Shown one piece after another: positions 27,288 to 37,192 of a stretch of 64,000 nucleotides of DNA. The notes under the pieces are model-generated. The model had not been told where the DNA came from. It made no database searches and saw only the letters and a program-made list of their open reading frames with translations. Numbering within the stretch: position 1 is the first letter of the stretch; the number at the start of each line of letters is the position of its first letter. Both the position numbers and the translations under genes were made by a program. The stretch is from an uncultured Bordetella sp. (GTDB lineage: Bacteria > Pseudomonadota > Gammaproteobacteria > Burkholderiales > SG8-41). Where the stretch lies: NCBI GenBank assembly GCA_964606765.1, contig CAZSIR010000001.1:5988-69987 (forward strand), written 5' to 3'.

Positions 27288-28121
27288 TCAGGCCGGTGAC
27301 TGGTACAGATGCACATCCCGCTGCGGAAACGGGATCGAGCAGCCGCCTCTTTCCAGCGCTTCCTTGCAGCGTTGAACCAGATCCAGTTTGGTCACCCACC
27401 AGTCCGCACGCGCAGTCCAGACGCGGAACAGGATATTGACCGAACTGTCGCCCAGGGTTTCCACCTTGATCAGCGGCGCCGGATCATCCAGCACGCGGGG
27501 CTCTTCGGCGGCGATCCGCTGCAGGATGGCCAGCGCCGCATCAATGTCATCGTCGTAGGCGATGCCGTAGGTTTCGTCGATGCGGCGGATGTACTTGTCG
27601 GTGACGGACAGGTTGATGATGGTCTGGCCCCAGATTTCGGAGTTGGGCAGGTGAACGGTGGGTCCGTCGGGCAGGTGGCCGCGGCACAGGAAGAAGCCGA
27701 GGCCGTCGATGATGTACACCTCGCCGTTCAGGCGGATGGAATCGCCGACCTTGAAGGGCCTGAAGAACAGCAGCATGACGCCTGCGGCCACGTTGCTGAG
27801 GGTGCCCTGCAGTGCAAGGCCCACTGCGAGGCCTGCCGCGCCGAGCAGCGCGATCAGGCTGGTGGTTTCCACGCCGAAACGGTTGAGCACCGCGATCAGG
27901 GTCAGGACCAGCACGGCAATGCGCACCATTTGCCCCGGGATCAGGTGAAAAACCGGATCAATCCGCTCGGTCTTGCGCACGGCGCGATCCGTGATCCGTG
28001 ACAGCCAGCCGGCGAGCAGATAACCGGCGATCAGTGTGACGATTGCACCGAGCACATTGATGCCATAGCTGGTCATGTACTGCAGCAGCAGATCGGGAAT
28101 ATGTGTGATTTTTTCGTTCAT
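27288..28121 (-). CDS. Small-conductance mechanosensitive channel (MscS family)
   Basis: Three TM helices, GAAGLAVGLALQGTLSNVAAGVMLLFFRPFKVGD, then a beta-domain. The start is taken at MNEKITH. Confidence 0.85.
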   Translation of the reverse strand: MNEKITHIPDLLLQYMTSYGINVLGAIVTLIAGYLLAGWLSRITDRAVRKTERIDPVFHLIPGQMVRIAVLVLTLIAVLNRFGVETTSLIALLGAAGLAVGLALQGTLSNVAAGVMLLFFRPFKVGDSIRLNGEVYIIDGLGFFLCRGHLPDGPTVHLPNSEIWGQTIINLSVTDKYIRRIDETYGIAYDDDIDAALAILQRIAAEEPRVLDDPAPLIKVETLGDSSVNILFRVWTARADWWVTKLDLVQRCKEALERGGCSIPFPQRDVHLYQSPA

Positions 28122-28452
28122 GGTCCTGGTCCTGTCGGGATTTTTCCGGCCTTGTATGCCGGCAGATTCATGCTGTGCAACACAGCCCCACATATTGATG
28201 GACAGCAGCATCTCGCCATAGGTTCACCCTGCTGCCGGATCCGCGGGCATCGGTTCAGCAGCGGCTGTGGCGCCATCGCGGCATGTCGGTACAAATTTAT
28301 TGCCGGCTGATTCACGGAGTCCTGTATTGACACCACCACCATCAGGCGCGGATAGTGGGCACATGTCACTAATGTGACAAGTCGCGCGGCGCGGTGCCGC
28401 GCGGGTCCTCGCGGCAAGGGGGTGTGCCACGAAACACCTGTTATTCGCCCTG

Positions 28453-29190
28453 ATGATCGCTGCGCCCGGGCTGGCGGGAGCCCAGGCCTTGCTTGATTTC
28501 CGCAATGATCTTGCCTTTGAGGCCACGACGGTCGAGGCCGTCGCCGAGCGGGCGTACCGGGCGCGCCTCGCCAATCTGGCCGCTGACGGGCGGCTCGATG
28601 CTGATCAGGGATTGCTGCGTCGCCTGCGCGACCTCATGGCCAGGCTGCAACCGGCCGTGCTGGTCGAGCGTCCGGATGCAGCAATGATCCAGTGGGAACT
28701 CCATACCTGCAGACGCTGCGGCGAAAATGCTTCGGCCATGGCCGGCGGCAAACTCATGGTCGGCGAGGAATTCATCGCCGAATCGGCTTTTACCGATGAT
28801 GAACTGGGCTACATGCTGGCCCACGAGATGGCGCATGTGCTGGCGGAACATACCCGCGAGTTCGCGACTTATGCGCGGTTTTTTGTCGGCAACGGCCGCA
28901 ACCGCTACTACGAGGACATCCAGAAGGAACTCGACGAGAGTTTCATCGTAAACCGGCGCATGGCCCCGGTTTATATCGAGCAGGAGCTTGAAGCCGACTT
29001 CATGGGCTTCATATTGGGTGCACGAAGCGGCTTTGATCCGGAGGCCATGCCAGGCATGTTGCGCAAGCTGCATGCCGACGGCGCGACGGATTTTTCACTG
29101 CATCCAGACGCGCAGGAACGCATGGTGCGGGCGCTGGCGATGCTGTCCATGGCCCGCCGCATCCGCGAGATGGGCGTGTCAGCGCGCTAG
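28453..29190 (+). CDS. M48-like zinc metallopeptidase
   Basis: HEMAHV (HExxH) with a downstream EQELEAD. The N-terminal MIAAPGLAGAQA resembles the end of a signal peptide. Confidence 0.65.
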   Translation: MIAAPGLAGAQALLDFRNDLAFEATTVEAVAERAYRARLANLAADGRLDADQGLLRRLRDLMARLQPAVLVERPDAAMIQWELHTCRRCGENASAMAGGKLMVGEEFIAESAFTDDELGYMLAHEMAHVLAEHTREFATYARFFVGNGRNRYYEDIQKELDESFIVNRRMAPVYIEQELEADFMGFILGARSGFDPEAMPGMLRKLHADGATDFSLHPDAQERMVRALAMLSMARRIREMGVSAR

Positions 29191-29196
29191 GTCCGG

Positions 29197-29820
29197 CTAT
29201 TTCAGCGGTGGCAGCGGCAGGGGCATGCCATCCGGCACCGGCGTACCGTCCACGTTCAGGCACATCGACACCAGCACGTAAAATCCGTTGACCGAAATCA
29301 GGTCGACGACGCCGCGTTCGCCAAAACGGTCCAGTGCGGTTTTGTAAGTGGCATCGCTGACGCCCTGGGTTTCGTGCAGCTCGCGCGAGAAGCTGTAGAC
29401 GATGGTTTCATCGGCGTCCATGTTCGCCGGTTGCCGGCCCTGCGCGATGTCTTCCGCAATCGCCGGATTCAGGCCGCCCTCCAGCGCCAGCTTGTGATGG
29501 GCGACCCACTCATACTGCGATGTCCAGTGACGTGCCGTGACGAGGATGGCCAGTTCGTTGAGCTTGCCCGCGAGAGAACTGCGGAAACGGATTTCCTCGC
29601 CGAGCTGCTGCACCAGATTGCCGATGCCGGGGCTGCGCAGCCAGACGTTGAAGGGTCCTCCGAGCGGGCCCGGTTTCGAAGCGCCGGAACTGGCAAGCCT
29701 GGCCCGCGGCCCGGATTTGATGGCATCAGTCAGCGTACGCTGCTCGGGGGTCAGCTTTTCCGCCGGGATCAGCTTGAAGCGACGGGAGTCGGTTGCCGCG
29801 GTATTTTTCGCATCACTCAT
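29197..29820 (-). CDS. Carboxymuconolactone decarboxylase (CMD/AhpD-like) family protein
   Basis: ELAILVTARHWTSQYEWVAHHKLALEGG is the CMD-domain pattern. Confidence 0.75.
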   Translation of the reverse strand: MSDAKNTAATDSRRFKLIPAEKLTPEQRTLTDAIKSGPRARLASSGASKPGPLGGPFNVWLRSPGIGNLVQQLGEEIRFRSSLAGKLNELAILVTARHWTSQYEWVAHHKLALEGGLNPAIAEDIAQGRQPANMDADETIVYSFSRELHETQGVSDATYKTALDRFGERGVVDLISVNGFYVLVSMCLNVDGTPVPDGMPLPLPPLK

Positions 29821-29938
29821 GGTCGGGCCCGTTTTCGAAATCAGGAACTTAACATGAACGCAAGAATTTGATGCTAGGATTCGGCCGCGAAATCAGGGTA
29901 AGCGCCAGCACACGATCAACCATCTTATGGACCAAGCC

Positions 29939-30952
29939 ATGACGAAAAAAATATTCACGACCTCAGCCGCAAACCTTCGCCCGTCCCGCCCGTTTCTGCG
30001 CCACTGCCTGCCGCTGTTTGTACTGCTGGCTGCCGTGTCCAGCCAGGCCGCGCTGGCCCAGGCTTTCCCTTCCAAGCCGATCCGTCTCGTGGTGCCCGCT
30101 GCGCCGGGCGGCGGCACGGATGTGCTGGCGCGACTGCTCAGCCCGGAGCTGAACAAGCAGTTCGGCCAGCAGATCGTCATTGAAAACCGCGCCGGCGGCG
30201 CGACCATGATCGGCACCGAGTTCGTCGCGCGCTCGGCCCCCGACGGCCACACCCTGGTCATCGCCACCACGCCGCACGCGATCAATCCGACGCTGTATAA
30301 AAAAATTCCCTATGACCCGGTCAAGGATTTCACGATGATCAGCCAGCTCGGCCTGACCACGACCGTGTTGATCGTACATCCGTCGCTGCCGGTCAAAAAC
30401 GTCAGGGAGTTCATCGCGCTTGCCAAATCAAAGCCGGGACAGCTGACCGCCGGCACCGCCGCCGGAAACTCGGCCTACCTCGCGGTCGAGATGCTGAAGA
30501 CCATGGCGAAGATCGATGCGCTGAACATCCCGTACAAGGGCGCAGGGCAGGCGCTGTCCGACCTGGTCGCCGGTCATATCCAGTTCCAGGTCAACACGCT
30601 GCTGGCTTCGAAGCCGTTCATCGACGCCGGACGTCTGCGCGCGATTGGCGTTTGCAGCGCCAAGCGTTCGGATTCCCTGCCCGGTGTCCAGGCCATCGGT
30701 GAAACCCTGCCGGGATTCAATACCAGCGGCTGGTACGCACTGCTCGGCCCGGCCAACATTCCGCGCGACACCACGCTGCGCATCCACGAAGGGTTTGCCA
30801 AGGCGCTGCGCCTGCCGGAAATCACCAAGCGCCTTGCCGACCAGGGCGTGGAGGTGCTTGCCGGAACGCCGGATGAACTGGCGAAGGTGATGCCGCTGGA
30901 AATCAGGAAGTGGGGTGAGGTCGTCAAATCTTCCGGCGCAACCCCGGGCTGA
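29939..30952 (+). CDS. Bug/TctC family substrate-binding protein
   Basis: FPSKPIRLVVPAAPGGGTD, IENRAGGATMIGTE and NIPYKGAGQA. An alternative start lies at 29927. Confidence 0.9.
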   Translation: MTKKIFTTSAANLRPSRPFLRHCLPLFVLLAAVSSQAALAQAFPSKPIRLVVPAAPGGGTDVLARLLSPELNKQFGQQIVIENRAGGATMIGTEFVARSAPDGHTLVIATTPHAINPTLYKKIPYDPVKDFTMISQLGLTTTVLIVHPSLPVKNVREFIALAKSKPGQLTAGTAAGNSAYLAVEMLKTMAKIDALNIPYKGAGQALSDLVAGHIQFQVNTLLASKPFIDAGRLRAIGVCSAKRSDSLPGVQAIGETLPGFNTSGWYALLGPANIPRDTTLRIHEGFAKALRLPEITKRLADQGVEVLAGTPDELAKVMPLEIRKWGEVVKSSGATPG

Positions 30953-30988
30953 ACGGCGCTGCGGAGGCCCGGGCCCCCGCTTGCGGCA

Positions 30989-31441
30989 TCAGAATCCGCG
31001 GTATTTGTCCGTCGCCAGCAGGCGGATGATTTCCGCGCGCAACTCGGCGATATCGTCTTCACGCAGGGGCTCAAGCTTGCCCATTTCCCTGCGGAAAGCT
31101 TCGCGCGTCGGCGGGAACGCCAGCGCATGGCCCCAGGGTTGCAGGCTTGCGCCGAGCGCGCGGCCGTACAGGTGCACATGCAGCTCTGCGCGCCAGTTGC
31201 CGTTGTCCTGGTAATTGATGCGGCCGATGGTGATGCCTTTGCGCGTGAGCACCGTTTTCAGCGCTTCGCCGCCGACCATGGTCAGCTTCACCAGTTCGAT
31301 CGCCTGCTCGGCCGAGAGCTGCGTGCGGTCTTCCACCGCGACCTTCGGATCAATCACCACATGCCCGCCGTCGCTGCGGGAGACATGCGGCTGGTCCAGC
31401 GTTTTCAGGATGAAGTGCCGGGCTTCATAAATGAGCGCCAT
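30989..31441 (-). CDS. HIT-like family protein with variant histidine triad (HVHLY)
   Basis: 150 aa. GGHVVIDPK...INYQDNGNW.AELHVHLYGR resembles a HIT fold but has Tyr at the third His position. It lies 2 nt downstream of the enolase-superfamily gene. Confidence 0.5.
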   Translation of the reverse strand: MALIYEARHFILKTLDQPHVSRSDGGHVVIDPKVAVEDRTQLSAEQAIELVKLTMVGGEALKTVLTRKGITIGRINYQDNGNWRAELHVHLYGRALGASLQPWGHALAFPPTREAFRREMGKLEPLREDDIAELRAEIIRLLATDKYRGF

Positions 31442-31443
31442 GT

Positions 31444-32502
31444 TCAGTCTTTCAGCGTAAAGCCCAGTCCCGACGCGGCAGGCACATGCAATTTTCCGTC
31501 CCTGAACTCGGGTTCCGTCGCGAAGCGCGCACGCAGCGCGGCATGCGCGCCGTGCACTTCGAGCATGCCGCCATGCGCATGGCCGGCCATCGCGGGCAGG
31601 TTCGCGGCTTCAAAACCGCCGGCGCCGGTGACCGGTACGCCGTGTGCTTCGGCCATTGACAGGATGCGCAGCATGGCGCTGATGCCGCCGCAGAACGCGG
31701 CATTGGGCTGGAGGATGTCGAGCGCGCCGGCATTCAGCACGTCGCGGAACCAGGCCATCGACTGGATCATCTGGCCCGAGGCCAGCGGAATGGCGGTGGC
31801 GCGGCGCAACTCAACAAGTGACGGAATGTCATTGCCGCGCAGCGGCTCTTCGAAAAACGCGATGTCGCAGTCGGCCACCAGACGGGCGAGCCGTTTGGCC
31901 TCGGCAAGCGTAAACGCACAGTTGGCGTCGAGCATCAGCGGTGCGTCGCCGATGGCGCGGCGCACGGCGCGGATGCGTTGTGCATCTTCGGCCAGGCTGC
32001 GTCCGGCGCCGACCAGCATCTTCGCGCCCTGGAAGCCCGCCGCCAGCGCGGCCTTGCAGGCGCCGACCAGTTCCTCCTCACTGAAGGCGGGCAGGCCGGC
32101 CGTGGCATAGGCCTGAACCGCGCTGCGCGCGCCGCCGATCAGGCGCGCGACAGGCTGTCCCAGCCGCTGTCCCTTGATGTCCCACAGCGCCAGATCCAGC
32201 GCCGACATCGCAGACACGAACACGCCGGTGGACTGGCGCGGGTTGAATTTTTTGGCGAGCTGTACGGTGACCGCTTCGATGTCGAGGGGATCCAGGCCCT
32301 TCGCCGCGGCACTGATGCCGCCATTGAGCAGATGCGCCACCTGGTCGGCAAGAAAGCGTCCGGTGACCCCCGTGCCGGACAGGCCCTCGTCGGTGGTCAC
32401 CCGGCAATGCAGGAAAGTCAGGCTTTCCTGTCCGGCATAGGCGTCGGCGGAGCGGGCGGGCTTGATGTGTTCTACCGCGGCGGTGATGCGTTCAATGTGC
32501 AT
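31444..32502 (-). CDS. Enolase superfamily protein (mandelate racemase/muconate lactonizing enzyme family)
   Basis: SALDLALWDIKGQRLGQPVARLIGG, LMLDANCAF and FFEEPL (metal ligands D, E and others). The start is chosen at MHIERI. Confidence 0.85.
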   Translation of the reverse strand: MHIERITAAVEHIKPARSADAYAGQESLTFLHCRVTTDEGLSGTGVTGRFLADQVAHLLNGGISAAAKGLDPLDIEAVTVQLAKKFNPRQSTGVFVSAMSALDLALWDIKGQRLGQPVARLIGGARSAVQAYATAGLPAFSEEELVGACKAALAAGFQGAKMLVGAGRSLAEDAQRIRAVRRAIGDAPLMLDANCAFTLAEAKRLARLVADCDIAFFEEPLRGNDIPSLVELRRATAIPLASGQMIQSMAWFRDVLNAGALDILQPNAAFCGGISAMLRILSMAEAHGVPVTGAGGFEAANLPAMAGHAHGGMLEVHGAHAALRARFATEPEFRDGKLHVPAASGLGFTLKD

Positions 32503-32683
32503 GGCAGTGGCCGGATTCAGTGTCCAGGACAGTCGGTTTGCGGGAACGGCGAGTTTACTGCCCTTGGGCCGGATCGGCATCATGGCATGCGGCGGCGCAT
32601 TCCGTGATTGCTGGCCGTGGTGGCGACGGATAAACTGGCATCCACCTTAAAAAACGCAGGACAGGCGCCCGGGAGATTGCTTG

Positions 32684-33637
32684 ATGAAACGCATCATCGT
32701 GTTTTTGCTGGCGGGTTTTTCTCTGACTGCCTTTGCCCAGTCCTATCCGACCAAACAGGTGCGCATCGTCGTCACCGCCGCGCCCGGCGGTTCGGATGAT
32801 TTCATGGGCCGCATTCTCGCCAAGCAGCTGGGCGATGCGACCGGCAAACAGTTTCTGGTCGAGAATCGTCCCGGCGGCGGCGCGGTGATCGGCCGCCAGT
32901 ATGTCGCCCGTTCCGCGCCTGACGGCTATACGCTGCTGATCGCCGGCAGCGCGATGGCGGCACTGCCCACGCTGTATCCCGCGGTCAAGCTTGACCTGCT
33001 GCGCGATTTCACGCCGATCTCGCTGTTCGCGACCTATCCGCTGATGCTGGTGACACACCCGACCGTGCCGGCGAAATCGGCGAAGGACATCATTGCCATC
33101 GCAAAAAAGAGTCCCGGCAAGCTGAGTTTTGGTTCCTCCGGCATCGGGCAGGGCCCGCATCTCGCAGCCGAGCTGTTCAAGTCCATGGCCGGGATCGACA
33201 TGCTGCATGTGGCGTACAAGGGCAGCGGTCCGGGTTATGTGGATCTGATGGCGGGTCGCATCGACCTGTCGTTCGGCGTGATCGCGGCCGCCATGCAGCA
33301 TGTCAAGACCGGCAAGCTGCGCGCGCTGGGCGTGACCAGCGCCAAGCGCACGGCAGCCGCCATGTCGATACCGACCATCGCCGAAACCGGATTGCCGGGT
33401 TACGATTTTCCGTCGTGGATGGGTTTTTATGGTCCGGCCGGCCTGCCCGACAACATCGTCAAACTGCTCAATGGCGAGGTCAAAAAAATGATCACGCTGA
33501 AGGAAGTGCGTGAACCGATGCTGGAAACCGGGTTGGATCCGACGGCGAGCTCGCCGGAGGAGCTGCGCGAGATGCTGCGCGCCAATATTGACAAGCTCGG
33601 CCGCATCATCACCTCGCAGAACATCAAGATCGAATAA
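32684..33637 (+). CDS. Bug/TctC family substrate-binding protein
   Basis: YPTKQVRIVVTAAPGGSDD, VENRPGGGAVIG and HVAYKGSGPG. ATG at 32684 lies 8 nt after gggag. Confidence 0.9.
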   Translation: MKRIIVFLLAGFSLTAFAQSYPTKQVRIVVTAAPGGSDDFMGRILAKQLGDATGKQFLVENRPGGGAVIGRQYVARSAPDGYTLLIAGSAMAALPTLYPAVKLDLLRDFTPISLFATYPLMLVTHPTVPAKSAKDIIAIAKKSPGKLSFGSSGIGQGPHLAAELFKSMAGIDMLHVAYKGSGPGYVDLMAGRIDLSFGVIAAAMQHVKTGKLRALGVTSAKRTAAAMSIPTIAETGLPGYDFPSWMGFYGPAGLPDNIVKLLNGEVKKMITLKEVREPMLETGLDPTASSPEELREMLRANIDKLGRIITSQNIKIE

Positions 33638-33668
33638 GCCGCAGGGGTTGAATCCCCGAAAGGGCGCC

Positions 33669-34784
33669 ATGTACAAACCTTTCCCTGTCTGCAGTATCGA
33701 GGGTGATGCCCGCGAGTGCGGCATCCAGCACGGCGAGCTGGCGGCCGACCGGGTCGCGAAAACCATCGCCTTCTATCTTGGCGTGTTCGGCCGTCATTCG
33801 AAGCTGTCGCTGGAGCAGGTGCGGGAGCGCGCGCGGGCCTTTGCCGCACAGATTGAAAGCCTGGACGCCGCGATCATGGATGAGATTCGCGGCATTGCCG
33901 AAGGGTCGCGCCAGCAGCTCGAGGACATTGTCGCCGTCAACTGCCGCACCGAACTGATGTACGGCGCCTCCGGCGGCAGCCGTGCCGCCACCGAGTGCAC
34001 CACCATCGTCGCATTGCCCGAGGCTACGCAAGGCCGCGGCGTCATCGTCGGCAAGAACTGGGACTGGCGCAGTCCGGCGCTGGACAGCGTGGTGCTGCTG
34101 CGCATCCGCCAGAACGGCAAACCCGCGCTGTCGCTGATCGTCGAGGCCGGCATGGTGGGCCGCGACGGTTTCAACGAACACGGCATCGTGGTTTGCGGCA
34201 ACATGCTGACCTCCAGCGAGGACAAGGGCAAGGTCGGTGTGCCGATTCCGATCCTGCGCCGGCGCATCCTCAATTCACGGCATTTTTACGAGGCCATAGA
34301 CATACTGACGCGTTCGCCGCGCGGCGCCTCCGGCAACTATGTTCTTGCCCATCGCGACGGGGTCGCGATTGATTTTGAAACCACGCCGGACAATGTGTAC
34401 CCGGTGTATCCGGAGCGCGGACTGCTGACCCACGCCAATCATTTCCAGCACCTGGCGGCGCAGACGCATGGCGTCGCCCGCTCCTACAACGGTGACAGCC
34501 TGTACCGTGATTTCCGCGCGCGCCAGCTGCTCGAGCCGAAAATCGGCGCCATCACCGTCGACGACGTCAAAGCCGTGCTGCGTGATGAGTTCGGCGCACC
34601 GCGGGCGATCTGCCGCGCGCCGCACGAGTACGCGGGGCAGGGTTCCAGCATGACCATCGCCTCGACCATTTTTGACCTGGGCAACATGGTCATGCATGTC
34701 GCTGCGGGCCAGCCCAATCAGTCGGAATACCAGCCGGTCTATCTGCCGGGAGATGGCGGGCGGCAGGCGATCAGGGCGGTATGA
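33669..34784 (+). CDS. C45 family autoproteolytic acyltransferase/hydrolase (acyl-CoA:6-APA acyltransferase-like)
   Basis: G.QHGE at the N-terminus, ECTTIVAL (Cys nucleophile context), GKNWDW and GNYVLA. Confidence 0.75.
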   Translation: MYKPFPVCSIEGDARECGIQHGELAADRVAKTIAFYLGVFGRHSKLSLEQVRERARAFAAQIESLDAAIMDEIRGIAEGSRQQLEDIVAVNCRTELMYGASGGSRAATECTTIVALPEATQGRGVIVGKNWDWRSPALDSVVLLRIRQNGKPALSLIVEAGMVGRDGFNEHGIVVCGNMLTSSEDKGKVGVPIPILRRRILNSRHFYEAIDILTRSPRGASGNYVLAHRDGVAIDFETTPDNVYPVYPERGLLTHANHFQHLAAQTHGVARSYNGDSLYRDFRARQLLEPKIGAITVDDVKAVLRDEFGAPRAICRAPHEYAGQGSSMTIASTIFDLGNMVMHVAAGQPNQSEYQPVYLPGDGGRQAIRAV

Positions 34785-34798
34785 TGCCAGCGGCTCCA

Positions 34799-34832
34799 CA
34801 ATAAATTATTGAATAAAATCAAATAGTTAAGA
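34799..34832 (+). repeat. AT-rich dispersed element, copy D (core AATCAAATAGTTA at 34817..34829)
   Basis: caataaattattgaataaaatcaaatagttaaga lies between convergent genes, 15 nt after the stop at 34784. Confidence 0.8.
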
Positions 34833-34861
34833 CCTTACGTCGATAGTATCCGCTCTGCCAC

Positions 34862-35524
34862 TCAGGCCTTGAGCATGACCCGCAGTTTGGCCACGGCCGC
34901 GCCCGGTGAATTGAAGATCGGAATGCTGCTGACCGCTGCGACCGCCGGCACCGCGCGCGACAGCGTGAACTGCGCGAGCACGATCACATCACAGTCCCTG
35001 ATTTCGCGCGCCCTGGCGGCGACCAGCGCATCGTGTTTTGCCGCATCGCCGCCGGCCAGCGCATCAAAGGCGCCGTCGACGACGTAAGGCTTCAGCTGAA
35101 CCTGCTGCCCGCGTGCCGCGGCCATTTCAAGGATCTCCGCTGAAATGGACGGGATGGTCGGGCCCACCGTTGCCATCACCGCGATGCGCGAGCCCGCAGC
35201 CAGCGCCTGCTCGATCATCGCGTCGTTGGGTTTCAGGATGGGCAGCGGGAATTCGGCGATGCAGGCATCGATGACCTCGCGGAACGCCGAACAGGTGAAG
35301 AGGATGCCGTCGGCGCCGCGCCCGACCATGTGCCGCGTCAGCCCGCGGAACACCTCATACATTTCCGGCACCACGCCGCCGGTCTCGCGCACCCAGGCGA
35401 ACAGCCCGTCATCCAGCAGGTTGCTGATGCGTGCGCCGGGCCAGTCGGTCGCAAATGCCCGCACGGCGGCATCCATCGCGTCCTTGTGTACGCTGAACAG
35501 CACGATATTGGGTTGATGCGCCAT
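34862..35524 (-). CDS. Asp/Glu/hydantoin racemase family protein (arylmalonate decarboxylase-like)
   Basis: DGILFTCSAF and IVLAQFTLS are the two half-site motifs of this fold. 220 aa. Confidence 0.7.
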   Translation of the reverse strand: MAHQPNIVLFSVHKDAMDAAVRAFATDWPGARISNLLDDGLFAWVRETGGVVPEMYEVFRGLTRHMVGRGADGILFTCSAFREVIDACIAEFPLPILKPNDAMIEQALAAGSRIAVMATVGPTIPSISAEILEMAAARGQQVQLKPYVVDGAFDALAGGDAAKHDALVAARAREIRDCDVIVLAQFTLSRAVPAVAAVSSIPIFNSPGAAVAKLRVMLKA

Positions 35525-35677
35525 CGGTCGGGTCCTCTTTCAAAGCATACGGGCCGGGTTCTCCGCGACTCCAGGACATCCGGAATAGTTGTTCCGGCTA
35601 TTTTGACAGGCCGGGGGCACTGTCGCGAATCTGCCATAAATACTTAACACAATGAGCGGCTCCCATCCCGCCAACCA

Positions 35678-36616
35678 ATGGAAGCCATCATGACCGATGC
35701 CTTTTCTGCTGATTCAGACCCGATGTTCCACCGCGCCTATGGCGAAATGCTCGACAGTGTTGATGAAACGCTGGAAATGGAGATGGATGAGGACCGGCTC
35801 GACGCGGTTGCGGCGGCTGCGGCCGGGTCCGCCGGCGGGCCCGGGCTCGACCGCAGGATTTATTTCCGCGAGCTTTTCCGCCTGCAGGGCGAGCTGGTCA
35901 GGCTGCAGGACTGGGTGGTCCACAAAAAACTCAAGGTGGTGATCCTGTTCGAGGGGCGCGATGCGGCAGGCAAGGGCGGGGTGATCAAGCGCATCACGCA
36001 AAGGCTCAACCCGCGGATCTGCCGCGTGGTGGCCCTGCCGGCGCCCAACGACCGCGAGCGCACACAATGGTATTTCCAGCGTTATGTCCCGCATCTGCCG
36101 GCCGCCGGCGAAATCGTGCTGTTCGACCGCAGCTGGTACAACCGCGCGGGAGTCGAGAAGGTCATGGGATTCTGCAGCGAAGAGGAATACGAGGAGTTTT
36201 TCCGCACGGTCCCCGAATTCGAACGCATGCTGCTGCGCTCGGGCATCATCCTGCTCAAATACTGGTTCTCGATCACCGACGAAGAGCAGCACCTGCGCTT
36301 CAGGATGCGCATCCATGATCCGCTGAAGCAGTGGAAACTGAGCCCGATGGACCTCGAGTCGCGCCGGCGCTGGGAGATGTACACCAAGGCCAAGGAAATC
36401 ATGCTGGCGCGCACCAACTTTCCCGACGTGCGCTGGTGGCTGGTCGAGGCCGTGGACAAAAAGCGGGCGCGGCTCAACTGCATGCAGCATATTCTTTCGC
36501 AGATACCCTGCGGCGAAGTGCCGAGGCATGAGATTGCGCTGCCCGAGCGCCAGCGCAATCCGGATTATTCGCGCATGGCCATGCCGCAGGAACTTTACGT
36601 GCCCGAAGTGTATTGA
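35678..36616 (+). CDS. ppk2: Polyphosphate kinase 2
   Basis: ILFEGRDAAGKGG (Walker A), RYVPHLPAAGEIVLFDRSWYNR and WKLSPMD. An alternative start lies at 35690. Confidence 0.9.
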   Translation: MEAIMTDAFSADSDPMFHRAYGEMLDSVDETLEMEMDEDRLDAVAAAAAGSAGGPGLDRRIYFRELFRLQGELVRLQDWVVHKKLKVVILFEGRDAAGKGGVIKRITQRLNPRICRVVALPAPNDRERTQWYFQRYVPHLPAAGEIVLFDRSWYNRAGVEKVMGFCSEEEYEEFFRTVPEFERMLLRSGIILLKYWFSITDEEQHLRFRMRIHDPLKQWKLSPMDLESRRRWEMYTKAKEIMLARTNFPDVRWWLVEAVDKKRARLNCMQHILSQIPCGEVPRHEIALPERQRNPDYSRMAMPQELYVPEVY

Positions 36617-36737
36617 TTGCGGCTTGTCCGGCCCGCGGCCGTGTCTGCGCCGCGTCGTGATGCCGGGGCATTACGCATGGACTGCGGCCGACGTAAAATA
36701 GGGCCGCCTGTCCAACCCACCGACCCTGCGGAACCCG

Positions 36738-37154
36738 ATGACCCGATCCTTTGCCCTGCGCATTGCCGCGATGAACGCGATGTACAAACTGCCCGCCAGC
36801 GACAAACCCGCCCTGCCCGAAGACCCGGCGGGACGCCTGACCAAATTCAAGGCGACGCTGATGGACGAGGTGCACGAAATCGACCAGATCGTCGAAATGG
36901 TGCAGCGGGGTGCGCCGCAAACGGAGATACTGACGGCCATGGCCGACCTGCTGGGCGACGTGATTGTCTACTGCCGTTCCGAAGCGCTGAAATACGGCCT
37001 GCCGCTGGAGGCGGTGCTGGACATCATCATGGACAGCAATGAAAGCAAACTCGGCGCCGACGGCAAGCCGATCTACGATGCCAACGGCAAATTCCTCAAA
37101 GGCCCCAATTACTGGAAGCCGGAGCCGAAGATCAAGGCCCTGCTCGAGGGCTGA
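36738..37154 (+). CDS. MazG-like nucleotide pyrophosphohydrolase family protein
   Basis: An all-alpha 138-aa protein with E..EV.E.. and DLLGDVIVY resembling the MazG/HisE fold. This is a tentative call. Confidence 0.5.
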   Translation: MTRSFALRIAAMNAMYKLPASDKPALPEDPAGRLTKFKATLMDEVHEIDQIVEMVQRGAPQTEILTAMADLLGDVIVYCRSEALKYGLPLEAVLDIIMDSNESKLGADGKPIYDANGKFLKGPNYWKPEPKIKALLEG

Positions 37155-37192
37155 ACATCCACCTGATGCAACGAATCCAGAAAGGAATCTCC

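Noticed and set aside
32555-33766. 403-aa minus-strand ORF opposite a Bug gene
   Set aside because: It is antisense to a clear Bug/TctC gene and has no features of its own.
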